NCBI RefSeq assembly: GCF_963921235.1
Contig: NC_086107.1
Location: forward strand, 107,200,001 to 107,264,000
Origin: Mobula hypostoma
Lineage: Eukaryota
DNA length: 64,000 bases
Direction of reading: 5' to 3'
Numbering within the stretch: position 1 is the first letter of the stretch; every line of letters starts with the position of its first letter. Positions 37,766 through 49,454 of this stretch are shown here, piece after piece. Under the pieces are notes generated by a model. It did not search any database and was not told the origin of the DNA. It saw nothing but the letters and a program-made list of their open reading frames with translations. Both the position numbers and the translations under genes were made by a program.

Positions 37766-38145
37766 AAACACAAGGAAGCCTGCAGGTGCTGGAAATCCAA
37801 GGCAACACTTAACCAAAATTGCTGGAGGAACTCGGCAGGTTGGGCCGGGACCCTTCTTCAAACTGAGAAGGAAGAGGGAAGATGCCGGAATAAAAAGGGG
37901 GGAGAGAGGAGAAGGAAGATAACTAGAAGGTGATAGATGAAGCCCAGAAAGATGTAGGGCTGGAGACAAAGAAATCTGACAAGAGAGGTGAGTGAGCTAT
38001 AGAAGAATGGGAAGGTGGAGGGGACCCAGGGGGAAGAGGTAAAAGGTCAGAGTGTGGAATAGGGGAAGGCAGGGGGAGGAAATTGTTTACCAGAAAGAGA
38101 AATCAATATTCATGCTCCCAGGTAGGAGGCTATCCAGATGGATAG
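37766..38145 (-). mobile_element. Penelope-like terminal repeat, degraded
   Basis: Family motifs gctggaggaactc, cccttcttca and ggaggcta. The hammerhead is partly deleted. Confidence 0.75.
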
Positions 38146-39372
38146 ATGTACAACAGGGACTAGATGGGTTGAAGGGCCTGTTTCTATGCTGTAGTGCGCT
38201 ATGACTCTAAAAGTGTAAGGTGTACCTTTAGCAGAGGCAAGTGTTATTGCTAATTTTACACCCCACTGGCATGGAATTCCTCTGCAGGTTTCTGATGTAC
38301 GTCTACAGAAGAAGTGCCTGAATGAACCATTGATGAATGTCATTTGCTAGAGGGGAGTTTGCCAAGCTGTGGCCACTTAAAAGGGAGATTTGTAATGGTC
38401 CTCGAGCCCTGTGGTTCTTGCTTAACCAGCCTGAGCCATTTCACAACAACAGCATCTCCTTGTGAGGCCATTCTCCCATAGGCACAGTAGACTGAATCTC
38501 TTTCTTTAGTATTAGACCATAAGATATAGGACCAGAATTAAGCCATTTGGTCCCTCTGCTCCACACGTTCAATCATGGATGATTTTGCTTTTCGCAACTT
38601 CATTCTCTGCTTTATCCCCATAAGCTTAACCCTCTTATCAATCAAGAATCTATCAACCTCCGCCTTAGATGCACCAGATGACCTGGTCTCCACAGTCCTC
38701 TAGGGCAAAAAATTTGAGGAATTGTCACTCTCCAGCTGAAGAAATTCTTCCTCATCTTAATTTTAAAGAGACATCCCTTCATTCTGAGTCTGTGCCCTCA
38801 AATCCCAGACGCTCCCGCTAATGGAAACATCCTCACAACCCAGGCCTTGCATCTGAACGAGTGTTGAGCAAGGCAACAATCCTAGCACATATCCTGAGTC
38901 TATTGACCTACCTGTTGACCTTTAGCCACAGGGATGAGACTAGACCTTGAAATCTACCTTCAGTTCAGGACTCCAGCTTTCTATTCAAGCTGAGTGAGGC
39001 AGGAGGCAGACAAGAAACAAAAAAAAATATAAATTCCACCCCCCCCATCTTTTTTTAACAGTTCTTATGTAAATATCCTGTGGGTGGCAGAGCCAGAGAT
39101 GAAAGAGAGCACAGAAGCTGGGAAAATAGAGAGTGATTAAAGTGTTACAGTTCATGTTCAGGAGTTGAATGTGAAAATTACATGCATTTTGCAACAGGCT
39201 GGGCTGCAGACTGAGTTTAATGGGTCCTCCGGGTCCTCCAGGGAGGTCTACACAGAGCACGAGTGCACTTGAACGCACAACATGCAGGGTCAGATTGGGC
39301 GCCTAATCATATGTACACATGTGTTTGGACACCTGTGCTTCGGCATGCACACTTGCATGTATAAATGCTGTT

Positions 39373-39378
<6 letters not shown>

Positions 39379-39410
<32 letters not shown>
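39379..39410. repeat. (AC)16 microsatellite
   Basis: Read directly. Confidence 0.95.
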
Positions 39411-39412
<2 letters not shown>

Positions 39413-39999
39413 CCCTGAGTTTGGGTTCATTTCAAGGGCCTGGAACTCTGATTGGCCTTGCACGTGGAGTGGGTAGGTTTAGGTTCATCATGATGGCACC
39501 TGAAGGGTTAATTTATGAATTAACTTATGATTTCATAAGCATGGATTGCACTCCCTTGAGTTTAGAACTTGGATCCAATGGAGGAATTTAAAATCAATTA
39601 GATAATAAATGCTGCAAAGTTCAACACCACATATACGCACGTCCCTTGAGGCTCTCCACGACAATCTATCGATCTCAAGTTACATCTTGACTTTGCCCTG
39701 GATATTCCAGCTCTGACTGTGAATCCTTGTACCCTTATCCTTGTTTCACCTCCTCCAACACCAGAGGAAGAGCTTTGATGTCCTTTTTACACTAAGGACA
39801 GTGTTTCTGCTACCGGACTCTGGGGGCTGAGTGCCGAGCATTGTGGGCATGCTGCTGAGCATTATGGGTATGGTGCCGAGCATTGTGGGCATGCTGTGTT
39901 GGCGCATTATGTGTGGGGACACTTGTGGGCTGCCTCCAGCACACACTCGAGAGTGTTGGTTGTCAACACGAACAACGCACTTCACCGTATTGGTAGGTC

Positions 40000-40408
40000 A
40001 TCATCATTATGTGCCATGTGGGCGATCATGATATTCCATCTGTCTTTAACCTGCCTGTGGGGAAGACCCCCTTCATACCGTGCTTCCTCTTCTCTCAGTC
40101 CATGAAAAATTTTTCTACGGAAGTGATTTGCCATCGCCTTTTTCTGGGCAGTGTCATTACAAGATGAGTGGCCTCAGCCATTATCAACGCTCTTCAGAGA
40201 TTGTCTGCCTTGCGTCAGTGGTCGCATAACCAGGACTTGTGATATGAACCAGCTGCTCATATGACTATCTACCACCTGTTTCATATGACCCTGATCGGGA
40301 GGGGTTAAGCAGGTGCTACACCTTGCCCAAGGGTGACCTGCAGGCTGGCGGAGGGAAGGCGCACCTTACACCTCCTTTGGTAGAGATGTACCTCTGCCCC
40401 GCCACCCC
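40000..40408 (-). mobile_element. Non-autonomous RTE-type element
   Basis: Reverse complement of the 25624 and 53630 family. Confidence 0.7.
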
Positions 40409-40974
40409 ATATCAATATACATGTGATAAATGAATTTGGGTCTTGAAATAAATCTATTCTCCAGGACTAGAAAGGACTGCTTTAAAATTCATTTGGAATG
40501 TGCATATTGCTGCAAAAACTTACTTGTTGCATGGTTAATTGTCCTTAGGAAGGTGCAGACAAGCTGCTCTCACAATGCTGTTGAGTGGGAAGAACCAGGA
40601 TACTATATATTGACTGGTTGCATCACAGACTGATATGGAAACACCAATACCTTTCAACAGAAAATGCTACACAACGTAGTGGATACAGCCCAGTCCGTCA
40701 TGGGTAAAGCCCTCTCCATATCTAAATGGAGTGCAGGAAAGCAGCATCCATCATCAGGGACCCCCACCACCCAGGTCATGCTCTCTTCTCACTGCTGCCA
40801 TCAAGTAGAAGGTACAGGAGCCTCAGGACTCATACCACCAGGTTCAAGAACAGTTACTACCTCTCAACCATGAGGCTCCTGGAACCAAAGAAGATATCTT
40901 CACTCAATTTCACTCGCCCCATCACTGAAATGTTCCCACAACCTAGCAAATCACTTTCAAGGACTCCTCCAAGG

Positions 40975-41690
40975 ACAGAGGGATCTGGGAATACAGATAC
41001 AAAATTCCCTAAAAGTAGCGACACAGGTAGATAGGGTCGTAAAGAGAGCCCTTGGTACATTGGCCTTTACTAATCAAAGTATTGAGTATAAGAGCTGGAA
41101 TGTTATGATGAGGTTGTATAGGGCATTGGTGAGGCCGAATCTGGAGTATTGTGTTCAGTTTTGGTCACCAAATTACAGGAAGGATATAAATAAGGTTGAA
41201 AGAGTGCAGAGAAGGTTTACAAGGATGTTGCCAGGACTTGAGAAACTCAGTTACAGAGAAAGGTTGAATAGGTTAGGACTTTATTCCCTGGAGTGTAGAA
41301 GAATGAGGGGAGATTTGATAGAAGTGTATAAAGTTATGATGGGTATAGATAGAGTGAATGCAAGCAGGCTTTTTCCACTGAGGCAAGGGGAGAAAAAAAC
41401 CAGAGGACATGGGTTAAGGGTGAGGGGGGAAAAGTTTAAAGGGAACATTGGGGGGGGGGCTTCTTCACACAGAGAGTGGTGGGAGTATGGAATGAGCTGC
41501 CAGATGAGGTGGTAAATGCGGGTTCTTTTTTAACATTTAAGAATAAATTGGACAGATACATGGATGGAAGATGTATGAAGGGATATGGTCTGTGTGCAGG
41601 TCAGTGGGACTAGGCAGAAAATGGTTCGGCACAACCAAGAAGGGCCAAAGGGCCTGTTTCTGTGCTGTAGTTTTTCTATGGTTTCTATGG
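40975..41690 (+). mobile_element. CR1 LINE 3' fragment nested in a Rex1 3' UTR (host ~40590-41950)
   Basis: LYRALVRPNLEYCVQFWSPNYRKDINKVERVQRRFTRMLPGL. Tail tttctatggtttctatgg. Confidence 0.92.
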
Positions 41691-42689
41691 TTCATCTTAT
41701 GGCTTCAATATTTATAGCTTATTTATTATTATTATTATCATTTATTTCTTTTTGTATTTGTACAGTTTGTTATCTTTTGCACACTAGTTGTATGCCCAGT
41801 TGGTGCGAACTTTCTTTGATTCTGTTATGGTTATTATTCTATTATGGATTTATTGAGTATGCCTGCAAGAAAATGAATCTCAGGGTTGTATATGGTGACG
41901 TATATATGTACTTTGATAACAAATTTACTTTGAGGTTTGAACTTTTGAACTTTGATTCAGACTCAGCAATAAGGAAGTTACAGTGAAATGTTTCCAAGGG
42001 AGAACTTTGTAATGACTGGAAGGGGATGTTCCCAGCTGCCCGTGGACCTTGTCCTTCGAGACCTTATGAAATTGGGAGGTGCTTTAGGAGTAACATGGGG
42101 AAGCAACTGCGAAGGATAGCGCTCGCTGCAGCAGCTGGAGGAGTGAGGGAATATTTACGATGGTGGTGAGAGGCTAATGAATCAGAGAGCTTTCTCCAAA
42201 GCCCTTGGATACCATCAGAACTCTAGTTCTCCAGGTAATGCATCTTGGTCCTGCTGCGTGAAATGTGATAAGGTGGCCTCTTGTCAGTCTAATTCATTAC
42301 GATCTTGTGCTTTATTGTCTGCCTGCACTGCACTCCCTCTGTGGTTCAGAATGAGATTCAGATCTATTTATCATGTGTACAGTGAAACAGGTCACTTCTG
42401 ATAACAATCAACACAATCTAAGGATGTGCTGGGGGTGCAGGCCACAAGAGTCACCACACATCTAGCGCCAAGAGAGTGTGTCCACCATGATCGGCAGAAC
42501 AACGCAGAACATACCAAGTGACAAAGCGACAACAGCATACAGGCCTCCAATTCTCCTTCCCACCCACCCACACAAATGCACAGTCTTCTAACCCCAGGAC
42601 AGGCTGTCTTCGGCCTCCAGCCTCCAGCCTCCAGTGAACCCATGGATTCGCTAACACTGGGCCTTCAACCTCGGACTCAATGTCAGTCA

Positions 42690-43737
42690 GAGCAAAGAAC
42701 TAATTGTGGACTTCAGAAAGGGTAAGATGAGGGAGCACACGCCAGTCCTCATCGAGGGATCAGAAGTGGAAAGGGTGAGCAATTTCAAATTCCTGGCAGT
42801 CAGCATCCCTGGGGATCTTTCCTGGGCCCAACATATCAATGCAGTTAGGAAGAAGACATGACAGTGCCTATGTTTCACTGGGAGTTGAGGAGATTTGGTA
42901 TGTCACCAAAGACGCTTGTAGATTTGTGGAGAGCATTCTAACTGGCTGCATCACCATCTGGTATGGGGGTGGGGGGATGTGGGGCTACTGCACAGGATTG
43001 TAATAAACCGCAGAGAGTTGTAAACTTAGTCAGCTCCATCCTGGGCACTAGCCTCCCCAGCATCCATACTATCTTCAAGGAGAAGTGCCTCAAAAGTTTG
43101 GCATCCATAACTAAGGACCCCCAACACCCAGGACATGCCCTCTTCTCATTGCTACCATCAGGGAGGAGGTACAGGAGACAGAAGACACACACTCGATAAT
43201 TCAAGTAACAATAACTCAAGAACAACTTCTTCCCCTCTGCCATCTGATTTTTGAATCGACATTGAACCCATGAACACTACCTCACTAATTTTTTTCTCTC
43301 TTTTTGCACTATATAAATAATTTCACTTTTTAAATTTATATCTACTTCTTACTGTAATTTACAGGTTTTATTATTATGAATTGCAATGTACCGCTGCCGC
43401 AAGACAACAGATTTCATGACGGGGCAGCATAGCGGCGTAGTGGTTAGCACAACAATTTACAGTAGCAGCGACCCGGGTTCAATTCCCGCCAATGACTGTA
43501 AGAAGTTTGTACGTTCTCCCCGCGACCGCGTGGGTTTCCTCCGGGTGCTCTTGTTTACTCCCACAGTCCAAAGATTGGTAGGTGAATTGGTCATTGTAAA
43601 TTGTCCCATGATTAGGCCAGGGTGAAATCATGGATTGCCGAGTGATGTGGCTCGAAGGGCCGGAAGGGTTTATTCCTAACTACATCCCAACAAAGAAATA
43701 AAATAAAATATGCCAGTGATATCAAACCTGATTGTGC
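42690..43737 (+). mobile_element. Rex1/Babar LINE 3' fragment with a V-SINE (43420-43708) in its 3' UTR
   Basis: KELIVDFRK, KDPQHPGHALFSLLPSGRRYR. The UTR resumes atatgccagtgatatcaaacctga. Confidence 0.85.
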
Positions 43738-44110
43738 TTCTCTAGCAGAGTGGCAGAGATTTGCAGACCTGGGGGTCCGGCCATGGGGTCTCGGAATCTG
43801 GACTCGACCTTCTAGCTTTAAGCATTGTTATTTATCTGCTATTTATTTTCAGATAATGCACTTCCAGCCCAATGAACTCTTGCTGCTCAATTACAGTCAT
43901 GTGACCAATTAACCTACTAACCCGGACACCTTTGGAACGTGGGTGGAAAGCGGAACGGCTGAAGGTCGTTTTGCTTTGTTCAACCTCAGTGTGTTGTGTA
44001 GTGACTTCATCTGTATGGAAGGCAAGCTTTTCACTGTAGCTTATAATATGTGACAATAATAAACTTAACCCCAATCTACTTCTAATAATATGCAGCTACC
44101 TTTTCACAGA

Positions 44111-44505
44111 CCTCCAAGAGGACCACCACCTTGTTGTTGGGGTTGGTGACTTGCGTGCCTCAGCGAGCTATGTTGGCTGGAGCTGGAGCCTTATGCTTTG
44201 GCTCTTGGGAGGGTCACCCATACCAAACAGGTCAAAGGGTAGAGGACAGACTAAGAGTGCTCCCCCTGTCCTCCGGGTTCGGGGGTTCATCTCAGGGCTA
44301 GCAACCTTGACTGTTAAAACAAAAACGTTACAGAAACAGCAATGGAGAATCCTTCTACATCTGAGTGCGACGGTATTCCTGAGTCTCCATCCGAGTGAAA
44401 ACCGAGAGGAAGCTACTGACATGATGAAGGAAGCCCAGAACACAGACAAGATGAAGGACCTTCATTGCTGCCCTCAGCTTCGTAACAGGCACAAAATAAT
44501 AAAAT
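44111..44505 (+). mobile_element. Non-autonomous bipartite RTE derivative
   Basis: Reverse complement of 13225-13630. Confidence 0.7.
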
Positions 44506-45314
44506 AAGCAATCTTTTCACAGAGTATTTACTGACCCATTTACCATAGTATTTATGCAATTATTTCTGTGATTTTTATGGTCAAAATGTCATTGCAGGAT
44601 ATTGCTGGTGGCCGATGCAGAGGTGGTTACTGAACTTGATAGCAAGGAGTAGGAGTTAAACTATTTGAGTAGTGTCACAGCAACAACATTACACTCAATG
44701 CCAGTAAGACCAAGGAACTGATTGTGGACTTCAGAAAGAGTAAGATGAGGGAAGACACACCAGTCCTCATAGAAGGATTAGAAGTGGAAAGGGTGAGCAA
44801 TTTCAAGTTCCTGGGTGTCAGCATCTCTGAGGATCTAACCTGGGCCCAAGTATTGATGCAGCTACAGCGGCTATGTTTCATTTGGAGTTTGAGGAGATTT
44901 GGTATGTCACCAAAGGCACTCACAAATGTCAATAGATGTACCTTGGAGAGCATTCTAACTGGCTGCATCACTGTCTGGTACTGGGAGCAGGGTTCACCGC
45001 TCAGGATCGAAATAGACTGCAGAAAGTTGTAAGCTCAGTCAGCTCTATCACGGGCAGTAACCTCCCCAGCCTCCAGGATTTCTTCAAGGAGCGACGCCTC
45101 AGAAAGGCGGCGTCCGTCATTAAGGGCCCCCATCACCCAGGTCATGCCTTGTTCTCATTGCTACCATCAGGAAGGAGGTACAGGAACCTGAAGGCACACA
45201 CTCAGTGAGTCAGGAACAGCTTCTTTCCCTCTGCCAGCTGATTTCCGAATGGCTATTGAACCAATTTCACTATTTTTTTGCACTGCTTATTTAGTTTAAC
45301 TATTTATTATACAT

Positions 45315-45334
45315 TATATATATATATATATATA

Positions 45335-45386
<52 letters not shown>
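45315..45386. repeat. Compound (TA)n-(GT)n microsatellite
   Basis: About 10 TA units followed by about 24 GT units. Confidence 0.95.
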
Positions 45387-45388
<2 letters not shown>

Positions 45389-45692
45389 CACATAGCCAAG
45401 TGGTTAAGGCATTGGACTAGCGATCTGATGGTTGTGAGTTCGAGCCCCAGCCGAGGCAACATGTTGTGTCTTTGAGCAAGGCACTTAACCACGCATTGCT
45501 GTGCGACGACACCGGTGCCAAGCTGTATCGGCCCTAATGCCCTTCCCTTGGACAACATTGGTGTCGTGCAGAGGGGAGACTTGCAGCATGGACAACTGCC
45601 GGTCTTCCATACAACCTTGCCTAGGCCTGCGCCCTGGAGAGTGAAGACTTTCCAGGCGCAGATCCATGGTCTCGCAAGACTAACGGATGCCT
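45385..45692 (+). mobile_element. tRNA-derived SINE with RTE-5'UTR-related body
   Basis: A box tagccaagtgg and B box gttcgagcc. Segment 45503-45534 matches the minus strand of 12742-12773 at 26 of 32 nt. Confidence 0.8.
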
Positions 45693-47304
45693 TATATATA
45701 TACACACCATAACTCATTTGTTTTCTATTATTATGTATTGCATTGTACTGCTGCCACAAAGATGACAGATTTCACAACATATGCCGGTGACAGTAAACCT
45801 CATTCTGATTTGGATTCTGAAGGAGGTACCTAATAAAGTGGCCACTGTGTGTAACATCCCAATCCCCATACTCAAAGCCTTGGCTGGTTAAGGCAAGGGT
45901 GCCAAATGGTTTCTTCGCATCTCTCCACCTTTGACATCCTTGTTGCCACGTCCAATCAAAAGCCACCTTGACGTCAAGGGAAGTCACTCCCGCCTCCTTC
46001 TGGAGTTCAAAACCTTCGGCATAAACTAAACTCCTCATCGGTGCACTCTAACCTCGGAGGAAAGAAGGAAGGAGAGTTAAAAAAAAATCACCTGGTCCTT
46101 CCTCCATTGAACCAAGTGTGCAGACACCAGATGTGCGTGGGACAGCCCCTCAAATAAACAGACTGTTAGCGACAGCCACAGATGCAAGATGCCCATTTGG
46201 ACAAGGACTGGAGGCACGGCTAACGTGGATGGAACTGCCTCCAGCCAAAGAGGAGGAAGGGAAGGAAAAGTCAACCGCAAGAGATGTAAAAAGCCATAAT
46301 CGTGTATGAAGCCACAGAACTGAACTGAGTTGTGACAGAGGAGTTATGAGCTGGATCTTTGGTTAATTAAATTTTATTGGTTTTATGTGAAACGTTATAA
46401 ATAGTAATAACTGGTTGAAGGAAAGCACCCTTCAGTGCGTGCGTTGCAATGTCAGGCTCGCAGTTTCACTTGCCTTGGCTCCTGTGCTCTGAAACACTCT
46501 GTCTCGGTGGTCTGCACCACAAGTGCTGAGACTCTGGCCCCTCTCCAGGCAATTCACACTGCACCGCCGCCCCCTGCCCGACACAGACTGGCACCCCAGT
46601 CTGCCGTGTACTTGGGATGCCGCTATGCTCAAACTGCCATTTGTAATTCCTACATCAGTATAGCGACTGCATTTTAATGTAGTCCATTAGCCTGCGCAAT
46701 TCCTTGGGCATTGGAAGGATTGAAAAGGCTCAACCTGCAAATCGTTATTTTATTATTGCATTGTCCCTGTCAGAAGGTGGATCTCACTTGCCAGTCCCTG
46801 CCCCGATCCACGAATGCATGAAGATCTCTTTTTAAATTCTATTTTTTGTTTATTGAGATACAGCACAGAATAGTCCCTTCCGGCCTATCGAGCCGTGTTG
46901 CCCAGCAACCCCTGATTTAATCCTAGCCTAACTACGGGATAATTTACAAAGACCAATGAACCCTCAAACTGGTACATCTTTGGACTGTGGGAGGAAACCG
47001 GTGCCCCTAGGTGCTTGCGGGGAGAACGTACAGACTCCTTACAGGCGGCAGGAGGACTTGAACCCGGATCGCTGGTACTGCAAAGCGTTGTGCTAACCAC
47101 TGCACTACCGAGCCGCCCCAAGCATTTCCTACTGAAGGCTCAGAGAGAGAGCCCAGGCAGAGAAGGGGACCGGTGTCGCTTGTCTGCGCCAGCTCTTTGG
47201 AAGGGCCCACAAAACAGTGACACTCCCTGGCTCTTTCCACATAGCTTACTAATGGCACAGAATGAGGCCATTCAGCCCATCAGAACAATGTTGGCTTTCA
47301 GGGG

Positions 47305-47922
47305 GAGGAGAAGATGGTGGCGTGACGCAGCACGCCCAGCCGCTCCGGTGAAATGATAGCGTATTCGTTAAATAGGTGCCGTGCACAATTCTGATTTGAT
47401 GGAGACAGACGTGAGAAGGCACAGAGGAACATCTGGAAATTTCTGACATGCCCGGTTCGCTGCCACTGCTACTGTGCGATTGAGAATCTCCAGAGGGAAA
47501 GCCCCAAAATCCCCGGATTTGCCTGCTGCTGGCGACCAAGGCTGGGGTCGAAGCGTTCGGCAGAGATGGGGCTCGGTACTCGGTGTCGGAGGGCTGATCG
47601 GAGCTCGAAGTTTTCGGATGACTCAGAGTCGGACTGTGGTCGGGCATGGCAGGGAGAGTTTTCTTCCTTCTCCCGTCTGCGTGAGATGTGGGACTTTCGA
47701 GAGACTTTGAACTTTTTTACTGTGCCATGGCCTGTTCTTCATCAAGTTATGGTATTGTTGCACTGTTGTAACTATATGTTATAATTATGTGGTTTCTGTT
47801 AGTTTTTCAGTCTTGGTCTGTCCTGTGTTTTTGTGATATCACACCGGAGGAATATTGTATCATTTCTTAATGCATGCATTACTAAATGGCAATAAAAGAG
47901 GACTGCGTGTCCTCATAATCTA
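47305..47922 (+). mobile_element. Apparently full-length non-autonomous retroelement (no tRNA head, no ORF)
   Basis: Starts aagatggtggcg (YY1-like AAGATGGCGGC), then a GC-rich 5' part, AT-rich 3' part, terminal GAGGAC-tgcgt-GTCCTC stem-loop and taatctaa tail. Two 5'-truncated relatives lie in the window. Confidence 0.75.
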
Positions 47923-48134
47923 ACATACCCATCATTCTCCCTGTAACCCTGAAATGTATCCTCTCTCACATGTCGATCAACTCCCCTCTTTATTCTTGTG
48001 ATTCTGAGTCATTAATCTGTACATTGAAACGTTCAGTGAAATATACTGTTTGCATTAATACCCTACACAAGCTAAGAATATACTGGGGACAGCCCGCAGG
48101 TGTCACCACACATTCCAGTGCCAACATACTTACT

Positions 48135-48545
48135 CACTGCCCTTTATGCAGTTGGGGTTTAGGGCAGCAATGAAGGTCCTTCAACTCTGGTGGTGTTCAG
48201 GGCTTCCTTCATCATGTCAGTAGCTTCCTCTTGGTTTTCACTAGTGTCAGTCATGCAAATCCCAGGTGGAGACTCAGGAATACTGTTGCACTTAGATGCA
48301 GAAGGAATCTTCATTGCTGTTTCTGTAACAGTTCTGTTTTACCAGTCAGGGTTGTGCTGAACCCTCAACCCAGAGGAGCGGTAGACCCCTTTTAGTCTGC
48401 TCTCTCTACCCTTTGACCTGTTTGGCATGGGTAACCCTACCAAGAGCCAAAGCATAAAGCCCTGACTCCAGCCAACATAGTTCTCCAGGTCATTAGGCAC
48501 ACAAGCCTCCAAGCCCTATGACAAGGTTGTGGTCCTCTTGGAGGG
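48135..48545 (-). mobile_element. Non-autonomous bipartite RTE derivative
   Basis: Collinear with 13225-13630. Confidence 0.7.
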
Positions 48546-49454
48546 GCGCCAACATAACATGTCCGCGACGTTCAGCACAGCAACACAAGAAACAACAGCA
48601 ACAGTAGTAAAACAAGCCCCTTTCCTCCCTCCCAGCCACACACACAATGACAGGCCTCCAAACCCAGGACAGGCCACCTCCAGAGCTGTGAGCAGGCTGT
48701 ACCATTGTCCCATTGGAAAGACAGTGCCTCATTTCTTTAACACGGAGCTGCCTCCTCGCACCATTGGATTGCTCCTTCCCCAAGTCCCGTACGAGCGCCA
48801 CGGTAGTGATGCTGTTACATCTAGGGGGCGTCAGAGCTCAGAGTTCAACTCCGGAGTGCTCTCTAAGAAGTTTGCACATACTCCCCGTGATCTGCATCGA
48901 TTTCCTCCGGGCACTCCAGTTTCCCCGAAATGTCAACTGTGCTCTTATCCCCAGATGCTGCCTGGCCTGCTGAGTTCCTCCAGCACTTTGCGTGTGTTGC
49001 TTTGGATTTCCAGCACCTGCAGATTTTCTCTTGTTTCCAGTTAGTAGGTTAATTGGTCATTGTAAATTGTCCTGCGACAAGGCTTGGGTTAAATAAGTAG
49101 GTTGCTGGGCCATATAGCTCGTTGGGCTGAAGGACTTGTTCCACGCTGTAACTCTAAATAATTAAAGTACTGCATATATTGTTCCTCAGCACATGGGTCT
49201 CACATTCCCACCACTCTCTGGGTACAGTTGCCTCTCCCGAATTCTTTCCTAGTTTATTAGCGATCATGTTTTATATTTATGGCAGAAACACCTAATATCC
49301 CTACATGTGGACCCTTCCCCTCCTCCGATGGAGTTGGGGTATTTAGCAAATATTAATTTCAACAGCAACTAGCCTTAAGATCTGAATGTGAACATAGAAC
49401 ATAGTATAGTACAGCACAGTACAGGCCCTTCGGCCCACAATGTTGTGCCGACCC

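Larger units (their letters stand above)
44675..45820 (+). mobile_element. Rex1/Babar LINE 3' fragment interrupted by a microsatellite and a SINE
   Basis: KTKELIVDFRK...VERVSNFKFLGV...ESILTGCITVWY and GHALFSLLPSGRRYR. Tail gattctga. Confidence 0.88.
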
